From an uncultured Chloroflexia bacterium (lineage in GTDB: Bacteria; Chloroflexota; Limnocylindria; QHBO01), in contig CAWHAZ010000005.1 of NCBI GenBank assembly GCA_963827475.1, forward strand, positions 576,001-640,000: 64,000 bases of DNA, given 5' to 3'. The position numbers and the translations under genes were made by a program. Each line of letters begins with the position of its first letter. The stretch's first letter is position 1. Below, in pieces: positions 10,801 through 22,160 of the stretch. The notes under the pieces were generated by a model. It was given only the letters and a program-made list of their open reading frames with translations, made no database searches and was not told where the DNA came from.

Positions 10801-10889
10801 GACCATCCGAGCCTAGGGAGCGCGACCGCGCGCGGACGACCCGCCATTTCGTACCGGGCGGTCCTGGTCGTCGGGGCCGCGGGCGAGCC

Positions 10890-12951
10890 TCAGTCGAGGT
10901 GGTACGGGACGTCGACCACGATCGTGTTGCGCCGCCCGAACAGGCGCAGCTTGAGGCGCAGGCTCGACTGGTTGTGGAGGAAGTTCTCCCACCAGTGGCG
11001 GGGCACGATCTCGGACAGCACGACGACCACCGGCCGCGACGGGTCCTGCGACTGGAGCGCGTCCATGTAGCGCAGCAGGGGGCCCATCAGCGCGCGGTAC
11101 GGCGACTCGACCACCACCAGCTCCATCCCGTTGCCCAGCGCGGTCCACTGCTCGCGGAGCGCGCCGCATCGGCGGCATCGTTGGTGACGTGGATGGCGCG
11201 TGGCCCGGTCGCTCAGCTTGCGGGCGAAGGCGAGCGCGCCGAGCGCGGGCCGGTCGAGGCGGGCGATCGGGCACGATCACGATCGGCTCGGCGGTCGGAG
11301 ACGGCTGGTCGTCAGCCGCGAGCATCGGTCCGCAGCGCGGCGTCGAAGGATCGGTAGTGGCGCCGGATGCCGGTCAGCAGCGCCATCAGCAGCGGGACGA
11401 GCACGATCACCAGCCAGGCGCCGGAGGTGAAGTTGCTGACGCCCACGACCAGCGGCCACGACCAGGGTCGTGGCCGCGCCCAGCCCGTTGATGACCAGGC
11501 CGCGCTGCCAGCCCGGCTCGCGGCGGGTCCACCAGCGGCGCAGCATGCCGCCCTGGGACAGGGTGAAGGCGATGAACACGCCCAGGGTGTAGAGCGGGAT
11601 CAGGCCGGCCACGCTGGCGTTGAACAGGACGAGGAGGACGACCGCCAGGCCGGCGAGGGACACGATGCCGGTGGTGAACGCCAGCCGGTCGCCGCGGAAG
11701 GCGAACTGCCGGGGCAGGAACCCGTCGCGGGCCAGGAACGAGGACAGGCGCGGGAAGTCGGCGAAGCTGGTGTTGGCGGCCAGGATGAGGATCAGGCTGG
11801 TCGCGACCTGGGCCAGGATCAGGATCCAGCCCTCGCCGGCGATCTGCCGCACGAGCTGGCTGAGGACCGTCTGCTGCTCCGTTGGATCGGGGACCAGGCC
11901 GATGGTCGCCGACAGGTAGGCGATCCCCAGGAACAGGATGCCGAAGATGGCGGCCGCCCAGGTCAGCGTCGTCCGCGCGTTGCGCCACTCCGGCGGCTTG
12001 AAGGCCGGGACGCCGTCGGACACCGCCTCCACTCCGGTCAGCGCCACGGCGCCCTGGGAGAACGCGCGGAGCAGGAGCAGGAGGGTCAGCGCCTGCACCC
12101 CGGTCTCGGGCTCGAGCCACTCCGGCGGCGGGTTGTATGGGGCGAGGTTGCCGGTCGCCGACTGGACCAGGCCCCAGGCCACGATGCCCAGGATGACGAG
12201 GATGTACAGGTACGTCGGGGCCATGAAGATCGTGCCCGACTCGCGGATCCCACGCAGGTTGCCGACCGTCAGCAGGGCGATGGCAGTCACGCCGATCGGG
12301 ACCCGGTAGTCGTACAGGATCGGCACGATCGAGGTCATGGCCGCCACCCCGGCCGAGACCGATACGGCCACGGTCACGACGTAGCCGATGAGCAGGGCCG
12401 AGGCGGCGAGGATGCCCATCGTGTCGCCCAGGTTGTCGCCGGCGACGAGGTAGCTGCTGGCGCCCTTGGGGTAGGCCTTGATCGTCTGCCGGTACGAGAC
12501 GGTGACGATGGCGAGCATGACGATGATCAGGACCGCCAGGGTCACGGTCCAGGCCGACATCGCCGCCAGCCCGGCGAGGGCCAGGACCCGCATGATCTCC
12601 TCGGGACCGTAGGCGCTGGAGCTGATGTTGTCGGAGCTGAAGATGGCCATGCCCTTGACCTTCGTCAGCCGCTCGTGCTCCTCGTGCTCCGACGAGATCG
12701 GGCGCCCAAAGAGGAACGAGCGAGCGCCGCGGAACCAGCGGCTGACCGGGCCGGCCGCGTGCGATCGCCTTCTCCGAGGCGATGAGCTGGCCCTCGTCGC
12801 CGTGCTCGAACTCCTCCTCGAACGGGCGCACGATCCGGACGTAGGCATCACCCGGCCGTCGCCCGCGGGTCTTCTCGCGGACCTCGAGCATGGGGTCGAC
12901 GGTGGGGCCACCCGGCTCGCGGGGCGGCTCGTTCGGGCGGCGCGTCGTCAT
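10890..12951 (-). CDS. KimA/YdaO-like APC potassium transporter (several frameshifts)
   Basis: FSSDNISSSAYGPEE, ALTGVEAVSDGV, ANTSFADFPRL, LIPLYTLGVF, C-terminal HWWENFLHNQ; split over the 11407, 11277 and 10890 frames. Confidence 0.82.
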
Positions 12952-13003
12952 CTGTCGGCCGTATTACAGCACTCGCCGCGCCGACCGGGGCGGGTGCGCC
13001 GCG

Positions 13004-14511
13004 TCAGGCGAGACGGAGGACGACGCCCTCGTCCGGCGGCAGGTGCAGGCGGCGGCCGTCGGCCGCCAGATCGTCGACGGTGGCGGCCACCGGGCGGCGT
13101 CGCACGCCCTCGGGGAGCGGGACGCGAACCGCGGAGCCGCCCATGTTGGCGACGACCAGCAGCCGCTCCCGGCCCGCGGCCCGTTCGTAGGCGAGCACAC
13201 CCGGCCCCAGGTCGCGACGGAGGGTCAGCGAGCCATGACCGATGGCGGGGGAACGGCGTCGGAGCGCGATGAGCGATCGGTACAGCGCGAACAGCGATGC
13301 CGTCATCGGCGCGCTGGCGCGCGGCGGCGGCCCAGTCCATCGGCGCCCGCGCCGGATCGCGGCCCGCGAGGTCGTTCGTGGACCACGGCGCCGCCGGCGC
13401 CACGTCCTCCATGCCCAGCTCCTCCCCCTGGTACAGGCACACGGCCCCGCGCAGGGTGAGCAGGATGAGGGCCGCCAGGCGGGCACGGGACGGTCCCCAC
13501 CGGGTCGCGTGGCGCGACAGATCGTGGTTGGAGAAGACCCAGGTCGGGTCCAGCGGCGGGGGAAGGTGGTGCTCCGCGGATGCGATCGCGCGACGGAAGG
13601 CGGCCGCCTCCCACGGGGACTTCGCGAGCTGGTGGGCGAGCGCGAGGTGGACGCCGTCGCGCCCGGCTGCGGCCGAGGGCGGTCGCCAGGCGCTCGGCCG
13701 GCGCGTACAGCTCGCCCACGAGGATCGTTCCGGGGTAACCGTCGCTCACCTGGCGCAGCTCGCGGAGGATGCGGGCCACTCCGCGCTGGTCGCGGCTCCA
13801 GCGGCGCCGGAGGCCGCCCGGCTCGGGGGGCCACGGCGGGCGGACGCGGACGGCCGGCGGGTTGTCGCGGAGCTGGGGGTCCTTGAGCAGGTACTGGACC
13901 GCATCGAGCCGGAGCCCGTCGACGCCGCGGTCGAGCCAGAAGCGGATGACCTCCGCCATGGCCGCCCGGACGGCCGGGTTGCGCCAGTTCAGGTCGGGCT
14001 GCTCGGGGTAGAACGAGTGGTGGTACCACTGCCCGGTGCCGGGGTCTCGCGTCCACGCCGGGCCGCCGAACTCGGCCACCCAGTTGTTCGGTGGTCCGCC
14101 GTCGGCCCGCCCGTCCGCCCACACGAACCAGTCGCGCCGCGGATCGGTCCGCGAGGACCTGGCCGCGACGAACCAGGGGTGGCGGTCCGAGACGTGCCCC
14201 ACCACGAGGTCAAGGAGGACCCGGATGCCGGCGCGGTGGCAGGCGTCGATCAGGTCGGTGACGTCGGCCAGGCTGCCGAACTCGGGACTGACCGCCGTGT
14301 GGTCGGTGACGTCGTACCCACCATCCACTCCGCCGTGGGGGTAGAACGGGGCGAGCCAGACGGCGTCCACGCCCAGGCCACCCGCGCCGGCGACGTGATC
14401 GAGATGCGCGGCGATGCCCCGCAGGTCACCGACCCCGTCCCCGTCCGAGTCGGCGAAGGCCCGCGGATAGACCTCGTAGATGACGCACCCGTCCCACCAG
14501 GGACGGGTCAT
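13004..14511 (-). CDS. GH13 alpha-amylase family glycosidase (alpha-glucosidase-like; frameshifted)
   Basis: WW..VIYEVYPRAFADSDGDGVGDL, GYDVTD, QPDLNW, GVDGLRLDA, GELY, NHD, LYQGEELGM. Confidence 0.88.
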
Positions 14512-15771
14512 GCCTCGCGCATCTGGGCGGGAACGCCCCACACCACGCCGGCGAGCGCGGTGATCACGATCAGCGCCCCGGCAACCGCGAACATCAGCGA
14601 CGCGGCCCCGACGTCGACCAGGGCGCCGGACGCGGCCATCGACACCGGGGACAGGGCCACCCCGCCGATCATGACCAGGCTCATCACCCGGCCGACCATG
14701 TCCTCCGGGGTCCGCGCCTGGAGCCAGGCCACGATCCGCACGTTCAGGAATCCCACCGCCAGACCGATGGCCAGGGCGAGGACCATCACCACCACCTCGG
14801 ACGTGGCCAGGGCGATCAGCCCGACCGCGACGCCCATCAGCACCGACCCGCCGATCGTCAGCCACCCGAGCTGGCGAACCCGGCCGAGGCTGCCGGCCAC
14901 GACCGCGCCGAGCAGCGCCCCCGCGCCGAACGCGGCGAGGATGAAGCCGTAGGCCTGCGCACCGCCCTCGAATCGGTTGTCGGCCAGCCAGGCCATCCCG
15001 ACCGTGATCGGTCCGTTGAGGGCGAAGTTCAGGACCGCCGACAGCAGGATGAGCGAGCGAATGGCGGGATCCCGCCACACGAACGCCAGACCGATCCGGA
15101 TCGTCTGCAGCACACCGGGCTGGTGCTCGCCGATGACCGTCGGCCGCCGCCCACCGACGATGAACGACAGGGCCAGCGCGGCGACCGCGAACGACACGGC
15201 ATCGATCCCGAACGCCCACGCCGTCCCGACCGACGCGACCAGGATCCCGGCCAGCGCCGGACCGATGAGGCCCGCCAGCTGCTGGCTGCCCTGCATGAGG
15301 CCGTTCGCGCCGGGGAGCTCGTCCTCCGAGACGAGCATCGGGATCATGGCGCCCTGGGCGGGCCAGAAGAACGCGTCGACCATCCCGAACACGAACGCGA
15401 GGACGAACAGCATCCACAGCTCGACCTGGCCGGTGAACACGAGGACGGCGAGGATCGCCGACCACGACGGCCCGCAACGCGTTGGAGACGAGCATGATCG
15501 TGCGCGGCGAGAACCGGTCCGCCGCCACGCCGCCGAACAGGACGAGCACGACCCGGGGAAGCCCGGCCACCAGCAGGACGGAGCCGAGGACCAGCCCGGA
15601 GCCGGTGAGCTCCAGGGCGAGCCAGGCCAGGGCGATGAAGTGGAAGTGGTCCCCGAGGAGCGAGATCGTCTCCCCGATGAACAGCAGCCGGAAGTCGCGC
15701 CCGCCGAGCGGTCGGAACATGCGGCCCAGCCCCGCCGGCGCGGCGGCGACCGGGGTCGTTGCCTCGTCCAT
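14508..15771 (-). CDS. MFS transporter (frameshift near 15460)
   Basis: DFRLLFIG, GGVAADRFSPR motif A, about 12 TMs, GRVMSL. Confidence 0.88.
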
Positions 15772-16145
15772 CACTCGAGGCTGATCTGGACGGCGTCGCC
15801 GTCGGGATCTTCGACGTCGATGATCGGACCGATGGCGCCGCCCTCGAGGGCGGCGCGGACCCGGGCCGCCTGCTCACCGGCGAGGCCGGGAACCATGTTG
15901 AGCGCGGTCTCCGCCACCGACAGCGGGACGCGCAGGTTGACCACCGTCCGGCCGCGCTCTTCGACGCGGATCCGGAGCTGCCGCGGCCCGGCATCCAGGA
16001 CGCGCCCGGACGCCGGGGCCACGGCAGAAGAGGGGGGAGGGGCTGACCGATCGGTCAGGGCGGCCACCAGCGGCGCCGCCTCTTCCGGAGTCAGCCGACC
16101 CTCGGCGACGAGACGAAGGAGGGCTTCGAGCTCGTCGCTCATCAT
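15771..16145 (-). CDS. SHOCT-like domain protein (YvlB/LiaX N-terminus-like)
   Basis: LLRLVAEGRLTPEEA, then RQLRIRV..VNLRVPL. Confidence 0.7.
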   Translation of the reverse strand: MMSDELEALLRLVAEGRLTPEEAAPLVAALTDRSAPPPSSAVAPASGRVLDAGPRQLRIRVEERGRTVVNLRVPLSVAETALNMVPGLAGEQAARVRAALEGGAIGPIIDVEDPDGDAVQISLE

Positions 16146-17173
16146 TCGCCTCCGAGGCGACGCATCGCCTCGTCGACGTCGATCTCGCCGCGTTCCAGTG
16201 CCGCGAGGATCTCCGTCCGCGGATCGGCGACCGACTCGTCCGAGTTTGCGGACGTGGACGCTGAGGCCGAGGCCGATGCGGAGGCCGTGCCCGTTGATGC
16301 CCTTGCGGTCGTGGTCACGGCAGCCGTCCGCGACGCCGCCTGGCGCGACCGGGTGATGGACATGTCGCCGGACATCGAGCTGAACGTCAGCACCGCGATC
16401 CCGTCGCCCACGATCAGGCGACGCCGATCGGCGCTGCCCTCGACGCGGTGGGGGACCGACGAGTGGACGTCGCTGGCGAGGCCGCGGACGGTGATCGTCA
16501 TCCCGCTGTCTGACGCCAGGCGAAGGTCGCCGCTCACCGTCTCCACAGCATGCGTGACCCCGTCCTCGAGATTGCCGTCGACCGAGATGTCGCCACTCAC
16601 CGCGTTGAGGTCGAGGCGGCCGAAGGATGGTGCCTCCGCCGAGAGGTCGCCGGAGACGGTGTTCACGTTCATGGTGGCCGGCTCGAGGGCCCGCAGGCTC
16701 ACGTCGCCGGACACCGATTGGATCTGCAGCTCGCCGCCGCCATCGGTCAGGCGCAGGTCGCCCGAGACGCTCTCGTAGCGCTGCCGACCCCGGAAACCGG
16801 TGGCCTGGACGTCGCCGCTCACCGCCTGGATTCCCAGCCGGACCCCGGGCGGTGCGGTGGCCTCGATGTCCCTGAGCTCGACGTGGTGCCCGCCGAGAAC
16901 AAGGTTGATCGCCCCACCAATCCCGCGCACCCGACCGGAGTCGTCGGCGACGCGCAGCCGTCCGCTCGACGCGTCGACGGTCATCTTGGACGCCTCGAAG
17001 ATCGCGTCGGCCTCGCGCTCGTCCTTGGCGTTCACCTCGAAGGTCGCCTGGAGGTCCGCCGTGTCGCCGGGCACCGCGGTCAACCGAATGTCCGCGGAGG
17101 TGACACTCACCTCGAGCGATCCGGACGGGCCGACGTCATGGGTGATGGTCTGGACGCGCCGGAACCGGGGCAT
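16142..17173 (-). CDS. DUF4097 (toastrack beta-repeat) protein with C-terminal SHOCT-like helix pair
   Basis: Repeated (V/M)SGD(L/V/I) units; ILAALERGEIDVDEA tail. Confidence 0.85.
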   Translation of the reverse strand: MPRFRRVQTITHDVGPSGSLEVSVTSADIRLTAVPGDTADLQATFEVNAKDEREADAIFEASKMTVDASSGRLRVADDSGRVRGIGGAINLVLGGHHVELRDIEATAPPGVRLGIQAVSGDVQATGFRGRQRYESVSGDLRLTDGGGELQIQSVSGDVSLRALEPATMNVNTVSGDLSAEAPSFGRLDLNAVSGDISVDGNLEDGVTHAVETVSGDLRLASDSGMTITVRGLASDVHSSVPHRVEGSADRRRLIVGDGIAVLTFSSMSGDMSITRSRQAASRTAAVTTTARASTGTASASASASASTSANSDESVADPRTEILAALERGEIDVDEAMRRLGGE

Positions 17174-17598
17174 CAGGCCTTCGACTCCACACCCCGAAGG
17201 GCTTCGGCCGCACCAGCGGCATCGATGTCGCCCTTGGCCAGCCGCTCGAGGATCTCGCGGCGGGCGGCGGCGAGGGTCGGGTCCGCCAGCTCGGGCTCGA
17301 CGTCGACGACGATGTCGGCCGGGTCCCCATCCGCCAGCCCGAGAGCCTGGACCAGGGCCTCGACACGGGCGCGAACGGTGGGATACGAGATACCGAGCGC
17401 GCGCTCCATCTCCTTCAGGTTGCCCCGCGAGCGGAGGAAGCTCTCGAGGAGCGCCATCTGCTCGTGGCTCAGCCGCCCGAAGCGGCCGACGCCGAACTCA
17501 CCTTCGATCGTCGTTCCGCAGGTGCTGCAATGGAGGCGGCTGATCTCCAGCTCGCCGGAGCAGACCGGGCAGGTGGCAATGACGTCGCGCGGTGCCAT
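17173..17598 (-). CDS. DUF2089 family Zn-ribbon/HTH protein
   Basis: CPVC..CSTC, GNLKEMERALGISYPTVRAR HTH, ILERLAKGDIDA tail. Confidence 0.92.
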   Translation of the reverse strand: MAPRDVIATCPVCSGELEISRLHCSTCGTTIEGEFGVGRFGRLSHEQMALLESFLRSRGNLKEMERALGISYPTVRARVEALVQALGLADGDPADIVVDVEPELADPTLAAARREILERLAKGDIDAAGAAEALRGVESKA

Positions 17599-17741
17599 CA
17601 GCGCTGGGTCGTGGCCGCGGCCTGGCGCGGTGCTTCGCGGTGGTGGATGCGCGTCGCCGGCCGGGTGGTCTCGGTCGGGCGCTGCCGGCGCAGCCGGTCC
17701 TCGATGACCAGCTGAGCGTAGTGAATGCGGTAGTCCAACAT
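17598..17741 (-). CDS. 47-aa small protein leading the DUF2089 operon (not in ORF track)
   Basis: SD AAGGAG, MLDYRIHYAQLVIEDRLRRQRP..., TGATG overlap with the DUF2089 start. Confidence 0.65.
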   Translation of the reverse strand: MLDYRIHYAQLVIEDRLRRQRPTETTRPATRIHHREAPRQAAATTQR

Positions 17742-17775
17742 CCCTGTCTCCTTATCTGAGTGGCTCGATGCGGAG

Positions 17776-17821
17776 ACAGTAACTTCCTCTTTCTATTCTG
17801 TCAAGTCCTTTTTCTATTCTG
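17776..17821 (-). promoter_or_regulatory. Sigma70-type promoter with direct-repeat operator
   Basis: TTGACA-17 nt-TACTGT on the minus strand; CAGAATAGAAA repeated at 17790-17800 and 17811-17821. Confidence 0.75.
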
Positions 17822-20544
17822 CCTGTTTCTCTTTCGTTTCCGGTGCCGGAGACGCCGATTCGGAAGGTTCGACCGATGCGGGATCGCCCCGGTCCGGGTC
17901 GATCCCGAGCGCCTCCCGGGCTTTCACGAGCTCATCGGCCGAGACTTCGCCGCCGTGGTGCAGACCAACCAGAGCCGCATAGGCGATGTGCTCGGGGCTG
18001 ACCTCGAAGTAGTCCCGCAGCGCGTCGCGCGTGTCGGACCGGCCGAATCCGTCCGTGCCGAGCACGATGTACGGGCGGTCGATCCAGCGGGCGACCATGT
18101 CCGGCACCGCCTTCACGTAGTCGGTGGCAGCCACCACCGGGCCCGGCGCGTCGGCCAGCTGGCGGACGACGTACGGGATCCACGGCTCGTCGTCGGGCTG
18201 GAGCCGGTTGTGGCGCTCCACCCGCAGGGCATCAGCCCGCAGCTGCTGGTAGGAGGTCGCGCTCCATACGTCGGCCGCCACCCCGAACTGCTCGGCCAGC
18301 ACGTCCGCGGCGCGCAGGACCTGGTGGAGGATCGATCCCGATCCAAGGAGCTGGACACGCCGTCCGGCTCCGGCCGCCGGCCGGTATCGGTACAGGCCCC
18401 GGATGATGCCCTTCGTCACCCCGTCGGGAAGGGCCGGCTGGGTCCAGTTCTCGTTGTAGAGGGTGATGTAGTAGAAGACGTCCTCGCCGGCCTGCCACAT
18501 CCGCCGGATGCCGTCGCGGACGATGACCCCCAGCTCGAAGGCGAAGGCCGGGTCGTACGACAGCAGATTCGGGATCGCCAGCGCGTAGAGGTGGCTCTGG
18601 CCGTCGTCGTGCTGGAGACCCTCCCCGGTGAGCGTGGTGCGACCGGCGGTCGCGCCCATCAGGAAGCCGCGCCCGCGCGCATCGCCGAAGGCCCACACCT
18701 GGTCACCGGTCCGCTGCAGGCCGAACATCGAGTAGAAGGTGTAGAACGGGATCATCGGCTCGCCGTGGACCGAGTAGGCGGTGCCGGCCGCGGTGAACGA
18801 GGCCATCGATCCGGCCTCGGTGATGCCCTCCTCCAGGATTTGGCCGTCGGCTGCCTCGCGATACGAGAGCAGCAGCTGCTGGTCGACCGAGGTGTACCGC
18901 TGGCCGAGCGGGTTGTAGATCCCCAGCTCCTTGAACAGCGGGTCCATGCCGAAGGTGCGTGCCTCGTCGGGAATGATCGGGACCACCCGGCGGCCCAGCT
19001 CGGGGTCCCGGACGAGGTTGCGGAGCAGCCGGCCGAAGGCCATGGTCGTGGAGGCGGGCTGCGCGGCCCCGGCCAGGACGTCGGTGAACACCGCCTCCCC
19101 GGGGGCGGGCAGCGGCTCGACGGTCGCGCGCCGGCGGGGGAGGGTGCCGCCGAGGGCTGCGCGCCGCTCGAGCATGTACTGGATCTCCGCGCTGTCGGCG
19201 CCGGGGTGGTAGTAGGGCGCGTCCGCCAGCTGCTCGTCGGGGATCGGCAGCTGGAGCCGATCGCGGAAGATTCGCAGCTCGTCCTCGGTCAGCTTCTTCG
19301 CCTGGTGGGTGATGTTCCGAGCCTCGATCCCCGGCCCCAGCGTCCACCCCTTCACCGTCTTGGCCAGGATCACGACCGGCGCACCCTGGTGGTGGGTGGC
19401 GTAGTGGTACGCGGCGTACAGCTTGCGGTAGTCGTGGCCGCCGCGGCGGAGCGCAGCCAGCTCGGCATCGGTCTTGTCGGCCACCATCGCCTGGAGCCGC
19501 GGATCCGGCCCGAAGAAGTGCTCGCGGACGTAGGCGCCGTCGGCGACCGAGAGGGTCTGGTAATCACCGTCGAGGGTCTCGGTCATCTTGTTGAGGAGCA
19601 CGCCATCGGTGTCCTGCTCCAGCAGCGCGTCCCACTCGCGTGACCAGATCACCTTGATGACGTGCCAGCCGGCGCCGCGGAACACCGACTCCAGCTCCTG
19701 GATGATCTTGCCGTTGCCGCGGACCGGGCCGTCGAGCCGCTGGAGGTTGCAGTTCACGACGAAGATGAGGTTGTCGAGCCCCTCGCGTGCCGCCAGGCTC
19801 AGCCCGGCCAGTGCCTCGGGCTCGTCCATCTCGCCGTCGCCGACGAAGGCCCACACCCGGGAGTCAGAGGTGTCCACGATGCCGCGGGCCGCAAGGTAGC
19901 GGTTGAAGCGCGCCTGGTAGATCGCGGCCAGGGGGCCGAGGCCCATCGAAACGGTCGGGAACTGCCAGAAGTCGGGCATCGTCCGCGGGTGCGGGTACGA
20001 CGGCAGGCCGTCCGGCCAGAGCGCCTCGCGCCGGAAGTGGTCGAGCTGCTCCACCGACAGGCGGCCCTCGAGGAACGCGCGGGCATAGACCCCCGGCGCG
20101 GCGTGGCCCTGGAAGTAGACGAGGTCGCCCGGACCGTCGTCCCAGCCGCGGAAGAAGTGGTTGAAGCCGACCTCGTACAGGCTGGCGGCCGACGCGTAGG
20201 TCGACAGGTGGCCGCCGATGCCCTCGTAGCGGCTGTTGGCCCGCAGGACCATGACCAGCGCGTTCCAGCGGATCATCCGCCGGATCCGCAGCTCCATCTG
20301 CTCGTCGCCGGGGAACGCCGGCTCCTGCTCGGCGGAGATCGTGTTCACGTAGCGGGTCTGGGTCAGCGGGCGGCAGGCCGACCTGGAGCTGCCGCGCCCG
20401 CTTGAGGAGCCGGAACAGGATGAACCGGGCACGTTCCGGTCCCTCCTCCGCGACGACCGCGTCGAGCGAGTCGAGCCACTCGTCGGTCTCGGTCGGATCG
20501 GGGTCGGGCAGCTGCTGTTTGAACTGGTCGAAGACGTCGTGCAC
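17814..20544 (-). CDS. aceE: Pyruvate dehydrogenase E1, homodimeric type (frameshift near 20370)
   Basis: DPDPTETDEWLDSL N-terminus, GGHLSTY, FPTVSMGLGP, GDGEMDEPE, NLQRLDGPVRGNGK, GEGLQH. Confidence 0.95.
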
Positions 20545-20582
20545 GGTCGGCCCATCCTACCGGCAGATAGACTGGATGACCG

Positions 20583-20897
20583 ATGTCCCGCGCCGAACGA
20601 CGCCAGTACCAGCGGATGATGAAGGGCCAGGATCCGTACGCCCAGCCGTCGCGTGGCGGCGCGAAAAAGCCACCCCGCCGAACGGGGCCGCGCGAGCCGC
20701 GGGACTGGTCGTTCCACCGCGGCTTCTGGCTGAAGAGCATCGGCATCGCGGCCGTCGTCGGGCTCGTCGGTCTGTCGGTCGTCTGGTCCCGCGGAGCGGA
20801 GCTGGCGCTCCTGGTCGGCGCGGTCACGGCGGTGGCGACGGTCGTGCTGCTCGCCCTGTTCCGGCTCGTCCTCCAGCGGCGGACCGCGCCCCGCTGA
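20583..20897 (+). CDS. Small 2-TM membrane protein
   Basis: Basic N-terminus (RAERR), two hydrophobic helices, first gene of the plsY-pgsA run. Confidence 0.7.
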   Translation: MSRAERRQYQRMMKGQDPYAQPSRGGAKKPPRRTGPREPRDWSFHRGFWLKSIGIAAVVGLVGLSVVWSRGAELALLVGAVTAVATVVLLALFRLVLQRRTAPR

Positions 20898-20901
20898 GCT
20901 G

Positions 20902-21552
20902 GTGGAGCCGCTTCTCGGCCCGGCTGGCGCGCTCCTCGGCCTGGCGACCGCGCTCGTCCTCGGCTACGTCCTGGGCGCCATCCCGTTCGGGGTGGTCATC
21001 GCGCGCCTGGTCGGCGGGGCTGACCCGCGCTCGGTGGGATCGCAGCGCACCGGGGCCACCAACACGGTCCGCGCGCTCGGCCCGGGCTGGGGCCTGGTGG
21101 TCGGCCTGCTCGACGTGGCCAAGGGGCTGGTCGCCGCCGCGGCCGGGGCGGCGATCGGGAGCGCGGTTGGCCTGATCCCGGAGTGGGTGGCGGCCGGCAG
21201 CTGCGTGGCCGCGGTCAGCGGCCACATCCGGTCGGTGTTCATCGGCTTCCGCGGCGGGCGCGGCGTGGCCACCGCCGCCGGCGGCTTCCTGGTCCTCGTT
21301 CCGCTGGCGCTGGTGATCGTGATCCCGATCATCGGGGCGGTGGTGGCGGTCACCCGCTACGTGTCGCTGGGCTCGATCGTCGGCGCCATCAGCGCCCCAC
21401 TGGTGGTGGCCGTCCTGTACGGGCTGGGCCGCGCGTCGGGCGCCGACATCGCCTACTCGGCCATGGTCGGGGGGCTGGTCGTGCTGGCCCACGCGGACAA
21501 CATCGCCCGCCTGCGGGCCGGGACCGAGCGACGGATCGGTGACCCCCGATGA
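20902..21552 (+). CDS. plsY: Glycerol-3-phosphate acyltransferase PlsY
   Basis: GSQRTGATNTVR, DVAKG, GH..SVFIGFRGGRGVAT, HADNIARL..GTE. Confidence 0.93.
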   Translation: MEPLLGPAGALLGLATALVLGYVLGAIPFGVVIARLVGGADPRSVGSQRTGATNTVRALGPGWGLVVGLLDVAKGLVAAAAGAAIGSAVGLIPEWVAAGSCVAAVSGHIRSVFIGFRGGRGVATAAGGFLVLVPLALVIVIPIIGAVVAVTRYVSLGSIVGAISAPLVVAVLYGLGRASGADIAYSAMVGGLVVLAHADNIARLRAGTERRIGDPR

Positions 21553-22160
21553 CCCGGTTGTGGACGCTCCCGAACCTGCTCGGCCTGTTCCGGCTGCTGG
21601 CGACCCCGGTCATCGCCGTCCTCATCCTGTGGCCGTTCCCCGGGGCCGGCCTGCTCGCGTTCATCCTCTTCGTCCCCGCGGCGCTGTCCGACCTCCTCGA
21701 CGGATGGCTGGCCCGCTCCCGCGGCCAGGTCACGACCCTCGGGGCCTTCCTCGACCTCACCGCCGACAAGGTCCTGGTGGCCGCGCTGCTCATCGCCCTG
21801 GTGGAGCCGGGGCTCGCCCCGGCGTGGCTGGTGATCGTGATCCTCGTCCGCGAGTTCCTCGTCGGCGGAGCCCGCCAGGTGGCCGCATCCGAGCAGCTGC
21901 TCGTCGGCTCCCAGGTCGCGGGCAAGGCGAAGACGGTGGTGACCCTGATCGCCATCGGTCTGCTGCTCCTGGCGTTCGATGCGCAGACCGGCGGACCGAC
22001 GGCCACCATCGGCATCGGTGTGCTGGCCGAGACGGTGGGCACGTGGTTGCTGCTGGCAGGGATGGCCCTCGCCATCGTGTCGGGCGTCGACTACCTCAGC
22101 CGGGCGTGGCCGCTCCTGGCCGCGCGGGACGATGCGGAGGAGATCCCGCCCCCTACTTGA
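21549..22160 (+). CDS. pgsA: CDP-alcohol phosphatidyltransferase (PgsA-like)
   Basis: LPNLL, DLLDGWLAR..GAFLD..ADK, REF, GKAKT. Confidence 0.88.
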   Translation: MTRLWTLPNLLGLFRLLATPVIAVLILWPFPGAGLLAFILFVPAALSDLLDGWLARSRGQVTTLGAFLDLTADKVLVAALLIALVEPGLAPAWLVIVILVREFLVGGARQVAASEQLLVGSQVAGKAKTVVTLIAIGLLLLAFDAQTGGPTATIGIGVLAETVGTWLLLAGMALAIVSGVDYLSRAWPLLAARDDAEEIPPPT

